A stretch of 64,000 nt of DNA, taken from NCBI RefSeq assembly GCF_006345805.1, contig NC_042997.1, forward strand, positions 89,652,001-89,716,000, in the 5' to 3' direction. The position numbers and the translations under genes are program-made. Shown one piece after another: positions 36,946 through 50,193 of the stretch. Every line of letters starts with the position of its first letter. Within the stretch, counting starts at the first letter, position 1. The notes beneath the pieces are model-generated. The model did no database searches. It saw nothing but the letters and a program-made list of their open reading frames with translations, and had not been told where the DNA came from. The DNA comes from Octopus sinensis (lineage: Eukaryota).

Positions 36946-37639
36946 TTAAACTGATAAAAGTAGATATTTGACCTGGTTCTTCCTGATGATATCTTTAGTC
37001 ACTGGATCCTATTAAGGAGCTGTTGAGGTAGTGAACCACGAAACGCGGTTGGAATTCCTTGGCCTAAGTTGTGGTTTTGTGTGTTTGAGTGTACACACTC
37101 ACATGCACTGGAAGAAAAGTAGCATGTCAGTTAATTTTATAATGTAGCATAAAAAAGAAAACGAAAGCAAAGTGCTTTTTATTACTTTTACAAGGCAAAT
37201 GCTAGGGCAGGGTGTGCTAAAGAAAAAACTAAAGAGGAATCAACAGATATTGTTGGGAAGAATGTGACACATGGCTCTAGAGGTTCTGTGTCGCTACTGT
37301 ATGTGAGAAATGAATCGCTTGTTTTATACCAGCCTGCCATAATGTTAGTTGTAAGCTCTTTTAATTTGTACGCTGAAGAAAATTTGCTTCTCGGTTTTCT
37401 TTTCTTTTCTTTTTACTACTACAACTGCTACTGTTGTACTTGTATCTGGCTTAAATATTTAACGTTCTGAGTTCAACGCCCTTTTGCAGTTCAACCACTT
37501 CAAGGGTTGTCGACACTGCAGTTCTTTGTTTTTAGGTCTATAAAATAAATGCAAGTCTGTGGATTGTAAGTGCTTATCACGAGATTCGATTCCTCTGTTG
37601 TGCCAATGTGTATAACAATAATAATAACTATAACAACAA

Positions 37640-37770
37640 CAATAACCCTTTCTGCTAAAGGCACACGGCCAATAATTTCGGGGGAAGGGTTAAGTCGATT
37701 ACATCGACTCCAGTGCTCAACTGCTACTTAATTTGTTCGACCACTGCGTGCTTAACGATTCTGCTAGCAC
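37640..37770 (-). mobile_element. SINE family A short-tail copy, internally deleted
   Basis: GGCAC..GGCC..AATTTC..AAGTCGATTACATCGACTCCAGTG joined directly to head remnant AACGATTCTGCTAGC. Confidence 0.7.
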
Positions 37771-37804
<34 letters not shown>

Positions 37805-37822
37805 GTAATAATAATAATAATA

Positions 37823-37857
<35 letters not shown>

Positions 37858-37881
37858 GTAATAATAATAATAATAATAATA

Positions 37882-37912
<31 letters not shown>

Positions 37913-37914
37913 TA
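37771..37914. repeat. (TAA)n microsatellite
   Basis: Direct reading. Confidence 0.98.
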
Positions 37915-38460
37915 GCAGTACCAGGCAGTGGCTCTCATGGCTTCTGATCTTAACTGATTGGAAGTGTTATCATGTACATTGTTTTGTCTTGGTATAAAAG
38001 ATGGGCTACAGCAAATATTCTGCTCAATACCACAGATTTGCTTGTCAGTTGTTTGACCTTAACCAGTTGAGCATGTCCCTTAGTGGCTGACGATATGTGC
38101 ATCTCTGATCATGAGCAGAAGTAGTGGGGGAGCATCATAGCCATGTGTTGAGAGGGATTCTTTGGGGTTCGAATAATTCATCTCTGGAAACATGGGTGGT
38201 TCTTTCAACATCCTTAAACAACCCTTATTCAGGGACCTTTTGAGCGGGATGGGCTACTCAACCTGAAGAAAATTCTAACTGGGCCCCACTTGCAAGGTCA
38301 TGTGCTGTTTATCTTGATATGAGAGCACCATGTCGCGCACATATGGTTGTGATGCATGTGCCTGGTGTACCCTTATCAGACGGGTAGTCATGATGGGTAT
38401 ATTGGGCTTCGTATATTTTACCCCAGTGTCACTTTGATGGCATGAACTGCTCTCTCACTC
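37915..38460. mobile_element. 546-bp non-coding element embedded in (TAA)n, unclassified
   Basis: Sharp ends GCAGTACC... and ...TCTCTCACTC, both abutting AAT repeats; no ORF of 60 aa or more within it. Confidence 0.6.
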
Positions 38461-38494
38461 AATAATAATAATAATAATAATAATAATGATGATG

Positions 38495-38688
38495 ATTTCA
38501 AATTTTAGCACAAGGCCAGTAATTTCAGGGGAGGGGTAAATCGATTACATCACCCCCCCAATACTCAAGTAGTTGGTACTTAATTTATCGATCCTCGGAA
38601 GGCTAAGTCAATCTCGACGGAATTTGAGCCCAGAACGTAAAGACGGACGAAATGCCGTTGAGCATTTGCTCGGCGTACTAACGATTCT
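38495..38688 (-). mobile_element. SINE family A
   Basis: AGCACAAGGCCAGTAATTTC...TGGTACTTAATTTATCGA...CGGAATTTGAGCCCAGAACG. Confidence 0.8.
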
Positions 38689-39348
38689 GAAAGCTTAATT
38701 GCTGCACAAGACCAATGCCTGACCACAAACAATTAAAAACAACAACAAAATAATAAAACAGGCCCCAACACTAAATGCAGAATGTGCAACCACCACAATG
38801 AGGCAGTTGACCACATTATCTCGGACTTATTAGTCTTTGCCAAGTCTGAATATATATACAGACACGACAAAGTAGGTAGTTGTATCCGCAGGACAATATG
38901 CTAACATTACAACATTAAAACTGACAATCGGTGATATAAGCATGTGCCAAACAAGGTACAAGACAACGACCAGGTTACAATCATCTGGGATATGCTAGTT
39001 CAAACCGACAAAGGAATAAAAGCTAATCGCTCATTCCTAATTATCAAGGTTTGGGAAAAAGTAAAAAAGTACCTGTTTACTGATAGGCATTGCAGTCCCT
39101 TCCGATCAAAATATTGTTCAAAAAGAAGTGGAGAAATTGTTAAAGTACAATGACCTCGAAATTGAAGCAGTCAAGATGTGGGACATGAAGGCAAAAACAA
39201 TATCAATAATAATTGGAGCACTGGGCATGGAAAAAAACATAACAAAAACGTAGAAGCTATACCTGGATCCTCAGCGCTGCCCACTATCCAAGAAGAAGAA
39301 AACAAGGCCTGCTATGAACAACCCACAAACGCAAGACATTCTATATAG
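38689..39348 (+). mobile_element. Dong/R4-clade RLE LINE C-terminal fragment
   Basis: ESLIAAQDQCLTT...KCRMCNHHNEAVDHIIS...EYIYRHDKV...IIWDM.VQTDK.IKANR...EK..KY.DL...IIIGALG. Confidence 0.85.
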
Positions 39349-39978
39349 CAATTACCCAGTGAAATAAATTCTTACCAGCAAGCCAGTAACCAACACGTTA
39401 CACACTCAACACACAGTACAAGCAGCAACACAACAAACGACTGGAACCAAAAAAAACTAACACAATATAATACCGGGAAGAGTTTGCGCACTCACAACAA
39501 CGGAAGAGAACACACAATGCTGCACACAACGCGGTGGTGTAGCAAGTGATGCAGTAGAAATTTGCCTCAAACTCTCATTGTTGAGCAATTATATCAAGCA
39601 GAGTAAAAAGTAAGCAATGTTTTGAATCATGAAGAATTTGTACCGGAGTTTTGCAGAGTTCTGAACTTTTTAAACATGTTTTTGTAATTGTCTGATAATG
39701 CAGACATAGACTTGCCCAAATGCATCAATAAATTAACATTGTTATTTTTTAAACCGTTGTTACAGTCATCTGTTTTTCTGGTTATTGGAATTGCGTTTGG
39801 AGATTTCTAAGTTAATTTGATTTATTGTTACCTGTTGCAAGACTCATTGTTATTGTTCTACTGTTGTAGCCGTGGGTGGTTGATTAACGGCTTGAACTAT
39901 TGTTGTTGTTACCCTCCCCCACGGGGGAAGGATTTGTATAAACTGTGTAGAGGGAACTGATTAATTTTGAGTGCCACT

Positions 39979-41520
39979 ATGGCGACAACCGCGGAAGCAG
40001 TAGCCACGCCAGCACCTATGAACTATGCCGCTGCCGTTGGTCAACAAGAGGAAATCATTACCTTGAAAAAGGCTGAAATACAACTTTTATTTGGCAAAAT
40101 AACTGAAAGCAACAGGGGAAAGTACCCCCTCTCCCCACCTGAAATAACTACCTGCAGACGGGAAAGAACCGTATTCTATAAAACGTTCTGCTTGAAAAAC
40201 AAGAAAGTGAAACGGTTCAAGGAGAAAGATACAGAGGAGTGTCTCGGGTCAGTAATGAAGGATATTGCCTTCCTGACCCGGAGTAACAAATACGCAACAG
40301 TCGAAGCAAGGTTCGAGTCGGTTGAAAAGGCTAAGGAATATTCCGCTCGGACCTTGCAGAACAACAAAATGGCATAATTACCATTATATCGGGACGCAGG
40401 ACGTCCTGGGTAAAAATCATGAATATCCCTCCTGATGTTGAGGTAGCGTGGGTTGTTGCCATGAGAAGAGAAACTGGAGGTAATCCAGGTAAAAAGATGT
40501 GTCTCCCAGAATTGGAAGGGACAATCTTTGGAAGTCCTGGTATAGGCTACACCTGCAAATTTAGAAGAGCTTCCCGATAGAATACAGGTTGCGGAGGAGT
40601 CAGCCTTAATCATAAATGTGGAAGGGAGAAACCCTCGGTGCTTCCGGTGCGGAAGGAAGGGACACCAGAGGGCCGAGTGTGGACATCCCAAGAAAAAAGC
40701 GAAAGATGGGGAGAAGGAAGTTCTCCCCACCAACGAGGAAGCGGCAAAAGTGGTAGCCCCGGCCAAGGAGGCCATTACGCAGGGGGCTACTACCAACAGT
40801 GAGACCAACAACGAGAAGGTGGTAGCCTCGGCCAAGGAGGCCATTACCCAAAAGGCTACCACCAGCAATAACAAAGATGAAACAAATAGTGAGAAAGTGG
40901 TAGCCTCGGCCAAGGAGGCCATTACCTAGAGGGCAACCACCAGTAAAAATGTAACCAGTGAGGAGCAGGTGGTAGCCCTGGTCCAGGAGGCCATTAACCA
41001 AGGGGCTACCACCAGCGGTGGTCCAGCAAGAGGATGGCAAAATGGAATTCCAGGTGGTTTCAAGAAAAAGACCAGAAGCAGTAACACCAGAAAAAATAAA
41101 CCCCTCCGAAAAAGGGAAAAGAAAATCTCAAAGAAGGTGGCCTGAAAGGCCACTGCTGAAAAACTGATAGAAAGTAAAAGAACGACAGAATAGGTGGCCT
41201 GGTACAGGTCACCGAACCTGTGGGGGAAAAAAACCGGAAACGGTAATGGTAGTGTTTAGAAATACCAATACTTATTTGGTGGGTGTGATTGTGCCCAACC
41301 TGCAAACAAGAATCTTCCAGAGTGATGTTGAAGAAGGAGTCCTCACTTACGGAAGAATCTCAAGGAAGTTATACAATGACATGAAAAAGATACACTCAAA
41401 AGACATTGCGGAGCTTGGGTCACTCCAAAAAATAATCAACCTACCGGTGAACCAAGCCTGGAAGAGGGTGGTGAGGTTAACTCGGTCACCCTCCGGTATA
41501 TACTTTGAGAAAGCTAAGCC
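39979..41520 (+). pseudogene. Tx1 ORF1 (gag-like, CCHC knuckle, 4 tandem peptide repeats), disrupted
   Basis: ATG at 39979; stops and frameshifts near 40377, 40927 and 41145; KVVAxAKEAITQxATT repeats at 40750-41015. Confidence 0.75.
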
Positions 41521-41550
41521 GTTTTTTCGTGTTTTTTTTTCCTTTCAGAA

Positions 41551-43130
41551 ATGGCTACATTTAGTATAGGCTGTTTGAATGTGCGTGGCCTGGGTTCGAA
41601 GTGGAAGCAGGCTTGTTTCCTCAACGTTCTCAGGCCACATAGGATAGATGCGATGGTCGTTACAGAGACCAAGTTGGACAAGCTGCAGCCCTTCTCGTCC
41701 CTCATGAATGGCTATGAGAAAGTCAGGTCTCGTAGCCACACAGGAAGACGTGGAGGAGCCGTAGTTTTTCTGGAAAAACTTGGCTCAGCAGAAACGTATA
41801 ATCTTTGCAAACCCAGAAGGCGAGTTGGTCCTTCTGGATCTAGCATTTGGTGGTAAAATTTTCAGGTTGATTGGCATTTACGAGCCTACGACTGTAGGCA
41901 AACGGAATGACTTTTATCGGCGCCTGGAGAATTTTCTTGCGAAGTTTAAAAAAATAGTAGTGTTAGGAGAATTTAAAGCTGTCCTCAAAGCACGTAGGGA
42001 CAGCGTTGGCTCGACTAATAGGACAAGTTACTCTCGCCTTGTCGATCTGCTTAAGTGATATAGGCTGGCAGACCCATTCAGACTGGATTATCTGAGCGTT
42101 CCAACGTGGACTTGGAGTAATAACGACGGATCAATCCGGTCTTATATAGATAGAATAATAGTTAATATTAGAGACAGGACTAGCTTTAGCTGTCCATAAT
42201 TCACCTATGTATCCTACACGGATCACAAATTAATGACGTGTAGGATGCAGATAGATAAGGTACATAGACAAGGATCTGGTTACTGGAAGTTGAACAATTC
42301 CCTTTTAGCTTGTAAAACTTACCAGGGCCAGATTAGGCTGTTAGTTCAGAGGGCATTGACCGGCACCGTGTTGAATAACCGATGATGGCTTTCCCTCAAA
42401 AGAGCCATTCGCTTAGATTTAGCAAGCAGTTAAAATCTAGAGTAGAAGAGTGTCTAATTAAGGCTTTAGAAGAGGTGTTGAGTGTGGGCTCTGCAGTCCA
42501 AGTGCTGGCGGCGAAATCGGTCCTGGACCGACACCCCAATGCTAAACACGAAGGATGCAGGGTTCGGGCTAAAATTCGCGCTTTGGGTCGTGAGGGTATC
42601 AACGTTGCCTGGTGGGCTCGCTCTGTAGAGACTCAGCGTGGTGACGAATCCACGATAAGGTCTTTGGTTGATGAACAAGAGCGTTCGGTCCAAGGACAGG
42701 ATGAGATATGTGAGGCGTTTTACGAGCACTTTGCTACGTTGTTTGCGAGGAGCGATGCCTTACGGGATTTTCTGGCCAGTGGACCGCGAATCACGGCACG
42801 TGAGGCTGAGCGCTGTGAAAAGCCGATCTCAGCTACGGAGGTCAAGGAGGTACTTTCTGAGTGCCCCGGGGATAGGTCTCCGGGACTTGATGGTTGTCTT
42901 ACGAATTTTATAAAAGTATGCCAGACTTGTTCGGGGAAATACTGGCTGGTGTTTACACGAACTGGTAGCAGAATGGGAGTATTCCCAAATCTGTGAGCTG
43001 GGAGTTGTGACACTAGTCAGGAAAGACTCGAGCAAGGGGGATATCATTAATAATTTTCGGCCCATAACTGTTAAATACAGAATTAAAGGTGTTAGCCAAG
43101 AGAGTTAGAGTTGTCGTGGGCGACCTGGTT
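41551..43130 (+). pseudogene. Tx1 ORF2 endonuclease + RT N-terminal part, disrupted
   Basis: ORF-track pieces 41551-41856, 41780-42058, 42382-42996, 42668-42913. Confidence 0.85.
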
Positions 43131-43224
43131 GCTGGACGGAGGGTCCTGTTAAATTTCAACCCTTTGTGTGTACGTGTATGTGAATGCTTGTATTTGTGAT
43201 TATGTACCTTATATATAAAAACAA

Positions 43225-43500
43225 GGGTGTAGAGCGATCCTCACGATGGACTCGGCCGACAACCGGAACCGTCTTACATGTACCAACAGCTGTTCGATAA
43301 AGCTCCACAAGTCAGCTCGTCCGACAGCACTTTCGTTCCTGTATGGCTTGTCTTGAACTGGCAGAGCTTCCCTGCTAGCACTGACAGACCAGGGATTTTT
43401 GGAAATTCCCCATAACTCCGATCCGAAAGCCTCTGGAAAAGACCAACTAATTGATTTCCTTCAGCGCCCAGAATTCTCCGGAGGACGTCGTCGCTCTTGC
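43225..43500 (-). mobile_element. Tx1 ORF2 C-terminal segment in inverted orientation
   Basis: Minus: FQKSLVCQC / REALPVQDKPYR..AVG RADLWSFIEQLL..RLSAESIVRI; resembles the Tx1 pre-CCHC region with the knuckle deleted. Confidence 0.6.
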
Positions 43501-43884
43501 TATAATAATAATAATGATAATAATAATAATAATATAATAATAATAATAATAATAGCTACAAGGCCTGATATTTAGTGGGAAGGACCAGTCGAGCTCATCA
43601 ATTCTAGTGTTCAACTGGTACTTATTTCCCCGGCCCTGAAAATATGAAAGGCGAAAATTATAATACTTGTTTCAAATTTTGGCACATGGCCAGCAATTTT
43701 AGCTGAAGAGGCGAAGTCGATTACATTGTCTCCGATTTCAAATGCCGCCGAGGTGAATTTTGCCTTTCATGTTTTCGAGGTCGATAAAATAATGTACCAG
43801 TCAATTTTGGGTTTGAATATATACTCGACTAACTATCCCCATTACTGAAAATCGAAGTCCTGTGCCTATGCTAGAAACCGTTTG

Positions 43885-44179
43885 CTGTGAATGAAATTAG
43901 CCATTCGTTCGCTGGAATTTGGAATAGAAGAACCTATAATATTTGGTGCGTTGGAAACAGTAAGCAAAGATATAGACAACTGGCCGAAGGAGTTTGGAAC
44001 ACAATGCCCTGTAGAGCTGCTACAGAAAGTTTGTCTTTTAGGGATAGCAAGGATTACCAGGAGGGTTCTAAGCACATGAAATCTCATGGATACCTAAGGT
44101 TACAGGTAGTAACACACTACCCTCATAAATCCTACCTGGAATAAGACCGAACCTGAGTTAAACCAAATAATAATAATAA
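43885..44179 (+). mobile_element. Dong/R4-like LINE extreme 3' end with short UTR and (TAA)n tail
   Basis: EPIIFGALETVSKDIDNW...VELLQKVCLLGIARITRRVLST*, ~90-nt UTR, then AATAATAATAAT. Confidence 0.8.
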
Positions 44180-44541
44180 ACGCACCCTGAGAGCGCAAAC
44201 CTCCGCCAATGCAACATCAACGTCTTTTCAACGATTAGCCAGAGATGATTTTTAAAATGAGAATATCTGAAATAAACTCGACTGCTCTCACAAACGAGAA
44301 TACTGAAAATGAATCCGATCACTCTCAAAAAATTGTAAAAAAGAAAAACCGGAAAAATAATCCAGAATCCTTGTCCGGTACCGGATCGATCCCCAAATCT
44401 AATCAGTTCATGTCAGTCACGAGGCCAAACATCCTTGAAAGTTTCATCCGAATCCATCCAGTAGTTCTTGAGATAGCTTGTGCACGGACAAACAAACACG
44501 ACTGAAAACAATACCTCCGCCTTAGCGAAGGCAGAGGTAAT
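44176..44541 (+). mobile_element. Helentron-type non-autonomous element (HINE/DINE-like)
   Basis: 5' subTIR ACCTCCGCC (44199-44207); AAAGTTTCATCCGAATCC body motif; 3' hairpin ACCTCCGCCTT-AGCG-AAGGCAGAGGT (44513-44538). Confidence 0.8.
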
Positions 44542-46354
44542 AATGATTTCTTTTATTTGCGACCAGAGGTGGAGGGCAATACAATCAATAATAATAATGA
44601 TTTTACTGTATTTGCCACATTCAGTCATGCACAACATGTTACGGGAAAAGGTGGCGGTTACAAAACGTGGAGATGGTATGGGTACTAGCAGGGGCTCAGA
44701 GATCGTTGTAGTAGCGTCACAAGAACAGTAAGAAAGCGAGACTGAATTAGAGGTTGCAGTGTGTTTGTTACTGTTTCAGTTTAGTTAATGTCAGCAGTTA
44801 GTTACACTCAGTATTGAAGAGGGTTTTAAACTTAAATTAATAAAATAAAATAAAATTTAAGAAAAGCCATATTTATCTTTCGCCTGTTATCTTCTTTTTT
44901 TTTTCTAAAAAAAAACAAAGAAAAAACGCTTTGTATTTTATGATACCTGGTCATTGATGTTGGATCTTGTTAAATTTCTTCTAACCACTTGAAATAATTA
45001 AAATTTTCACCAGATTATTTTTTCAAAAATGTAGTTATGATGTAGTCTTAACACACTGAGAAAAGGAATGCGATTGATCTTGGTCATTAGCATGCAAAAA
45101 CTACATCAGTGTAGAAAATGTGAAAATATTCTTGTAGTTATTTCAGAAAATTCTGTTGATTGGAAAGAATTTAATAAGATCCTTTAGTTATGTAATACCT
45201 ATCACTTTACAAACAACATTGCATCATTTTCACTTCTCGAAATATCAATAGTAAGTAACTGACCACCAGATAACCACCCGATTTATTGTTGCCAATCACA
45301 CATGACTCTGTGTGTGTGTTTTTCTCCTACCACCTCTCACTCATTTTTCTCGTCTTTTCTCCTTCACATCTCTCTTGCCTTTTCCTACCCTGACTTCCCT
45401 TTCCATTTCTGTCTTTTGCTCGCTGTTTCCGTCCCCCAGTCTTACTGTTTCTCTATCGTATCCTCTACCCGTGATTCTCGCCGAATGCTAATTAAAAATA
45501 GCTTCAAACAAAGTATAATAAAGAAATCGCTGTATACTAGGCGTGATATCTATTGTATAGTAAAGAGAGAGAGAGAGAGTAAAAGAGTGTCGTGTGTGTT
45601 TGTGTGTGTTTGTGTGTGCGTGTGTAGAATAATGTGATATATATGTGTATATAATGAGTGTGTGAACAGTATGTGCTCTCTGTTGTTTTTGTTTAGCTTC
45701 AACTCAGACCCGATCCAGTAAAGCTTTTATGATCAAAAACATTTCTGCTATTGACAATCAGACCTAGTGTGTAACTATATTAACTGTTGTGGCCTTCCAT
45801 TTTAATTCGGTAGAACGTAATTTCAACGAGATCTGGCTGCCATTTTTAGCAGGTTAAACGACCGCATAGAGACACCCTCGATGATCCGCATGTATGTATG
45901 TACGTTGTGTGTGCTTTATGTGCCTGTGCGCGCGCATAATGGTATGACTAAATTATCATAGCCGTGTCTGCATGTGTATGCGTGTTCTGTGATCTGTTTG
46001 TAGGCGGTGGTGTCTAGTGGTAACAGTTTGTATGAGATGCTGAAGCAGAACAAATTCTGTGGTACAGAATAAATGTTTTTGTCGTTGCATACAAATGGAG
46101 AGCGAGCGAGACAGATGGATATATAGATGGACATACCGCTTGGTGGATAGGTAGGATCTTTTGTGACATATTTTTGGAATATTGTGCACTCACACATACA
46201 TATGCTAATATTGTTGTTCACAACTAACGTATAACATTTAATATATATTCACACACACATTTCCTCATCTAAAAATGTTTATATAAAAAAGTGACTTGTA
46301 CACAAATATATCACATACTATGTCGTACATCATAGTATCAAATAGCTGTATGTA

Positions 46355-46388
<34 letters not shown>

Positions 46389-47084
46389 CTATTTAATGCA
46401 CTCTATATATGATGAAAAAATATTATTTATCTTTCATCTTTTAGGATGCGATAAAATAAAGTGCCCGTTAAGTACGGTCGTTGTAATCGACTTTCACTTA
46501 TCTCCTCTCCTTAAAATTGTTGACCTTGTGCCAAAATTATAAAGAATTATCATTGTTGTGTTTATAGTAGAAAGGATTAAATTGTTATTTTAGCTGTTTC
46601 ATAGAATTTAACCTAATTACATTCAGCGTTGTGAATTTCGAAGTTTTCATCAACGTTATAAACCTATTCGGATAAACACACACGAGCCTTCCACAGTGGT
46701 ATATCTATGTGGTATTCGAACTGCTAGAAAAAACAACTCGGTCATCGTCAAATCATACGCACACACTGACGTACTAGCGCCTTAAAAACAACAGCAACAG
46801 ACTCATTGGATAATGTGTTACGGTATATAGTGTATTAAAAGAAAATAGGTGTAAGAATTGTCACGACTACTGGAAGACAGCCTTGGAAGGCTTCTCTGTG
46901 CACTGCTGGTCTTCTTAATCCAGAGTTGACTCGTGGTTAAACAACAACAGTGCACGCATAGACAAATTTAGTGAAACGTTTGACACTAGCTATGTTTATC
47001 CGTTCCAACACATACGCGCACATGCCTGCGCGCACGCACACACACACACACACACATACCTGTCTGCTTATTGCATCTATCTGC

Positions 47085-47700
<616 letters not shown>

Positions 47701-47984
47701 CTACACACATATATACATACATACTAACTGCAATAGGCCTCATTAGGAAAATACTTGTCAAGGATATAGGACACCTGCATCTAAAGACTCCGTCTTCGGC
47801 AACTTGACGTCACTAACAAGACACTGAGACGTATTAGAAATAGCAGCTAAATCATTCTTTTCTTGAAAGGAAGGAAACATTGGATAATGTTATTCTAACC
47901 AAAACAGAAAATATAGTCAATGCTGCAACATCCCTTGGTGATCGGTGTAGTCGACCAGAGTTGACCAGATTAAATAATTTTTTT

Positions 47985-48800
47985 TCTTTTAAATCTTTGA
48001 CTTGTTTCAGTCATTGGATTGCGGTCATGCTGGGGCACCGCCTTGAAAGGTTTAGTCGAGAAAATCGACTACAGTACTTGGTAACTCCGGTACTTTATCG
48101 GTTCTTTTGCCGAACCGCTAGCTACAGGGATATAAACAAACGAACAGCTGCTGTCAAGCAGTGGTGGGAGTCAAACACAGACACGCATGCACACATATAT
48201 ACACACACATACATGCATGCATACATACATATTCTCTCGCCCGGCACCGAGATGAGAGATGTGTGAAAAATCCTAAATGTTAAATTTTATTTTTTATTCA
48301 CCTGAAGAAAACGATTTTTGTACACGATGTAATTGATTTGTTCATCAATGAAAACACGTCTGTAATAGCTGTAGTGAAACCGTAGCCAATCTGAAACTAT
48401 CTATCTGAAAGAAACCCATCGTATATATGTCCCCCATCACTGCTTGACAACCGGTATTAGTGTGTGTCTCCGTAACCTAGCAATTCGGCAAAAGAAACTG
48501 ATTGAATAAGTACCAGGCTTTAAAGAAAAAAAAGGTACTGGAGTCGATTCGTTCGACTGAACTCCTTCAAGTCGGTGCCCCAGCATGACCGCAGTCTAAT
48601 GACATACACACACACATATATATATATATATGACGGGCTTCCTTCAGTTTTTGTTTACCAAATTCACTCACGGCTTTGGTCGGCCTGGGACTATAACAGA
48701 TGACACTTGCCCAAATTGCCGCACTGTGGTACTGAATCCAAGACAACATAGTTGGGAAGCAAACTTCAAACTCCACACAGATTCTTTCTCTGATTTTTTT
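47985..48800. mobile_element. Cluster of SINE family B halves (3' half minus 47985-48190; 3' half plus 48420-48605; 5' half minus 48630-48800)
   Basis: Diagnostic motifs CAGCATGACCGCAGTC, GAATAAGTAC.AGGCTT, GACACTTGCCCA. Confidence 0.75.
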
Positions 48801-50160
48801 TTTCTTCTTCCCCGCAATGTTGGATGTAATGGAGCATATTGTACTTATTAATCGACACCGAAGAGCGAAAAATGGCGAAGCGAAACACCTGCACAATTAG
48901 AACTCGTAGTTGCAAGCTACATTAAATTTAAGTAGCAGCTAAATCTTCGCCAATCTGTCGTGTTTTCTTGAAGAATGGACCCATTGGACAATGTGGTATT
49001 ATATAAAGGTCTATTTAATGAGGGAGAGTAGGTAGAGCTGAGACTGAACAATGTCTCAGGTATTTACATTTCACTGACCCGTATATTGGTGGAACTAGGC
49101 TGCCTAACTGCTGGTCAATCTGCATTTGCTCCTATGCAGACTTAATGACAGACTATATACAAGGAGTAGTGTGCGTAGAGGTTTGTTGTCGATTTTGAAC
49201 CCTTCTTTCGCTTCTCGTTGATATTTAGCACTAGTTAACCTTCTAAGTAAATAGAAAAAAGGCATTCTAGCCTTGACCATACCGACTTTTTTTTCTCCCT
49301 AAACGTTGTAAATCTGACACTACTTTATTCAATGTGTAATTAACACCCCCTCCCCTTTTCTAAAATGTTTTGAAAAAGAAAATACAGATTAACGTGCGAT
49401 GTGGATAGAGATTTGGCCGCTATTTTTAGTAGATGGCATGACCGCGTCAGAGTTCTCTTGGTTCGTCGCTTCATTCATTAAACTCGCTTTTGGTTTAAAG
49501 AAATACGAACGTGGCGAGTTCTAATTTCTTCGTTCTCTTGTAAAACATCTCAAGGTGTCTTCTGCTAAATAAAAGCTGCTACTGAACTCAATAGTGCGTG
49601 CGCGTGTGTGAGAGATGCTTTTCATAAATTTATACTTCAGCTATACATGAATAATATGGTTTCATTTTCCGGCTCTTTACGTTCTGCGTTCAAATTCCGT
49701 CGAAGTCGTCTTTGCCTTTTATCCTTTCGGGGGTGGGTGGGGTAAAGATAAAATATGTGCCAGTCGAACACTAGGGCTTCAGTACTGGAATCCTGTATTT
49801 ATTTATTTATTTATTTTTATAAATGTAACTTGTAAGAAGAATTCAAAGGTTTATATAACGCTATTATGCTTTATTATCGAATCTGAAACATCGCACTACA
49901 TTTCCCATATGATTTCTGATAGTAAGCTCCAGTTCAACTCTGAGCATATCTCTGGTCGAAAGTATTCAACTTAGAATCTTCACGTCATTTTCTCTGGCAT
50001 TGTTTCTTGAACTCCATTCTTCAACATCCATTCAACTTATTATTATTTTTTAATTTTGTGACTGTAGACGTCTAATTTGAAGTTTTTACTATTTGTCGGA
50101 GGTCAAGCGAATCAGGCTTGAACTTCGCTATTGTAGTGAACTTCTTTTTCTTTATTATTT

Positions 50161-50193
50161 ACTAGCTGGCTCCGTGCCGTTAAAACTGATGGC
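50161..50193 (-). mobile_element. Helitron 3' terminus remnant
   Basis: Minus: imperfect hairpin GCCATCAGTTTTAACGGC, 10 nt, CTAG, then T. Confidence 0.45.

Larger units (their letters stand above)
39860..43130 (+). mobile_element. Tx1/L1-clade LINE, ORF1 + 5' half of ORF2, decayed and 3'-truncated
   Basis: ORF1 with zinc knuckle CFRCGRKGHQRAEC; ORF2 MATFSIGCLNVRG..ETK (APE), VLGEFKA, SYIDRI, TDHK, SPGLDG, NFRPIT, LAKR. Confidence 0.9.

Noticed and set aside
36983-37060. Hammerhead-like words CTGATGA (36983) / CTGTTGA (37020) ... GAAACGCGGTT
   Set aside because: Stem I and stem II do not close properly with either core; at best a decayed relic.
39860-43500. Twin-priming explanation for the inverted Tx1 piece
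   Set aside because: Twin priming gives divergent segments with an intact 3' end; here the segments converge and the inverted piece has no 3' UTR.
44625-44727. Possible exon (CATTCAG acceptor, GTAAGA donor, MHNMLREKVAVTKRG...)
   Set aside because: No recognisable protein, only one open frame, adjacent to TE debris; not distinguishable from chance.
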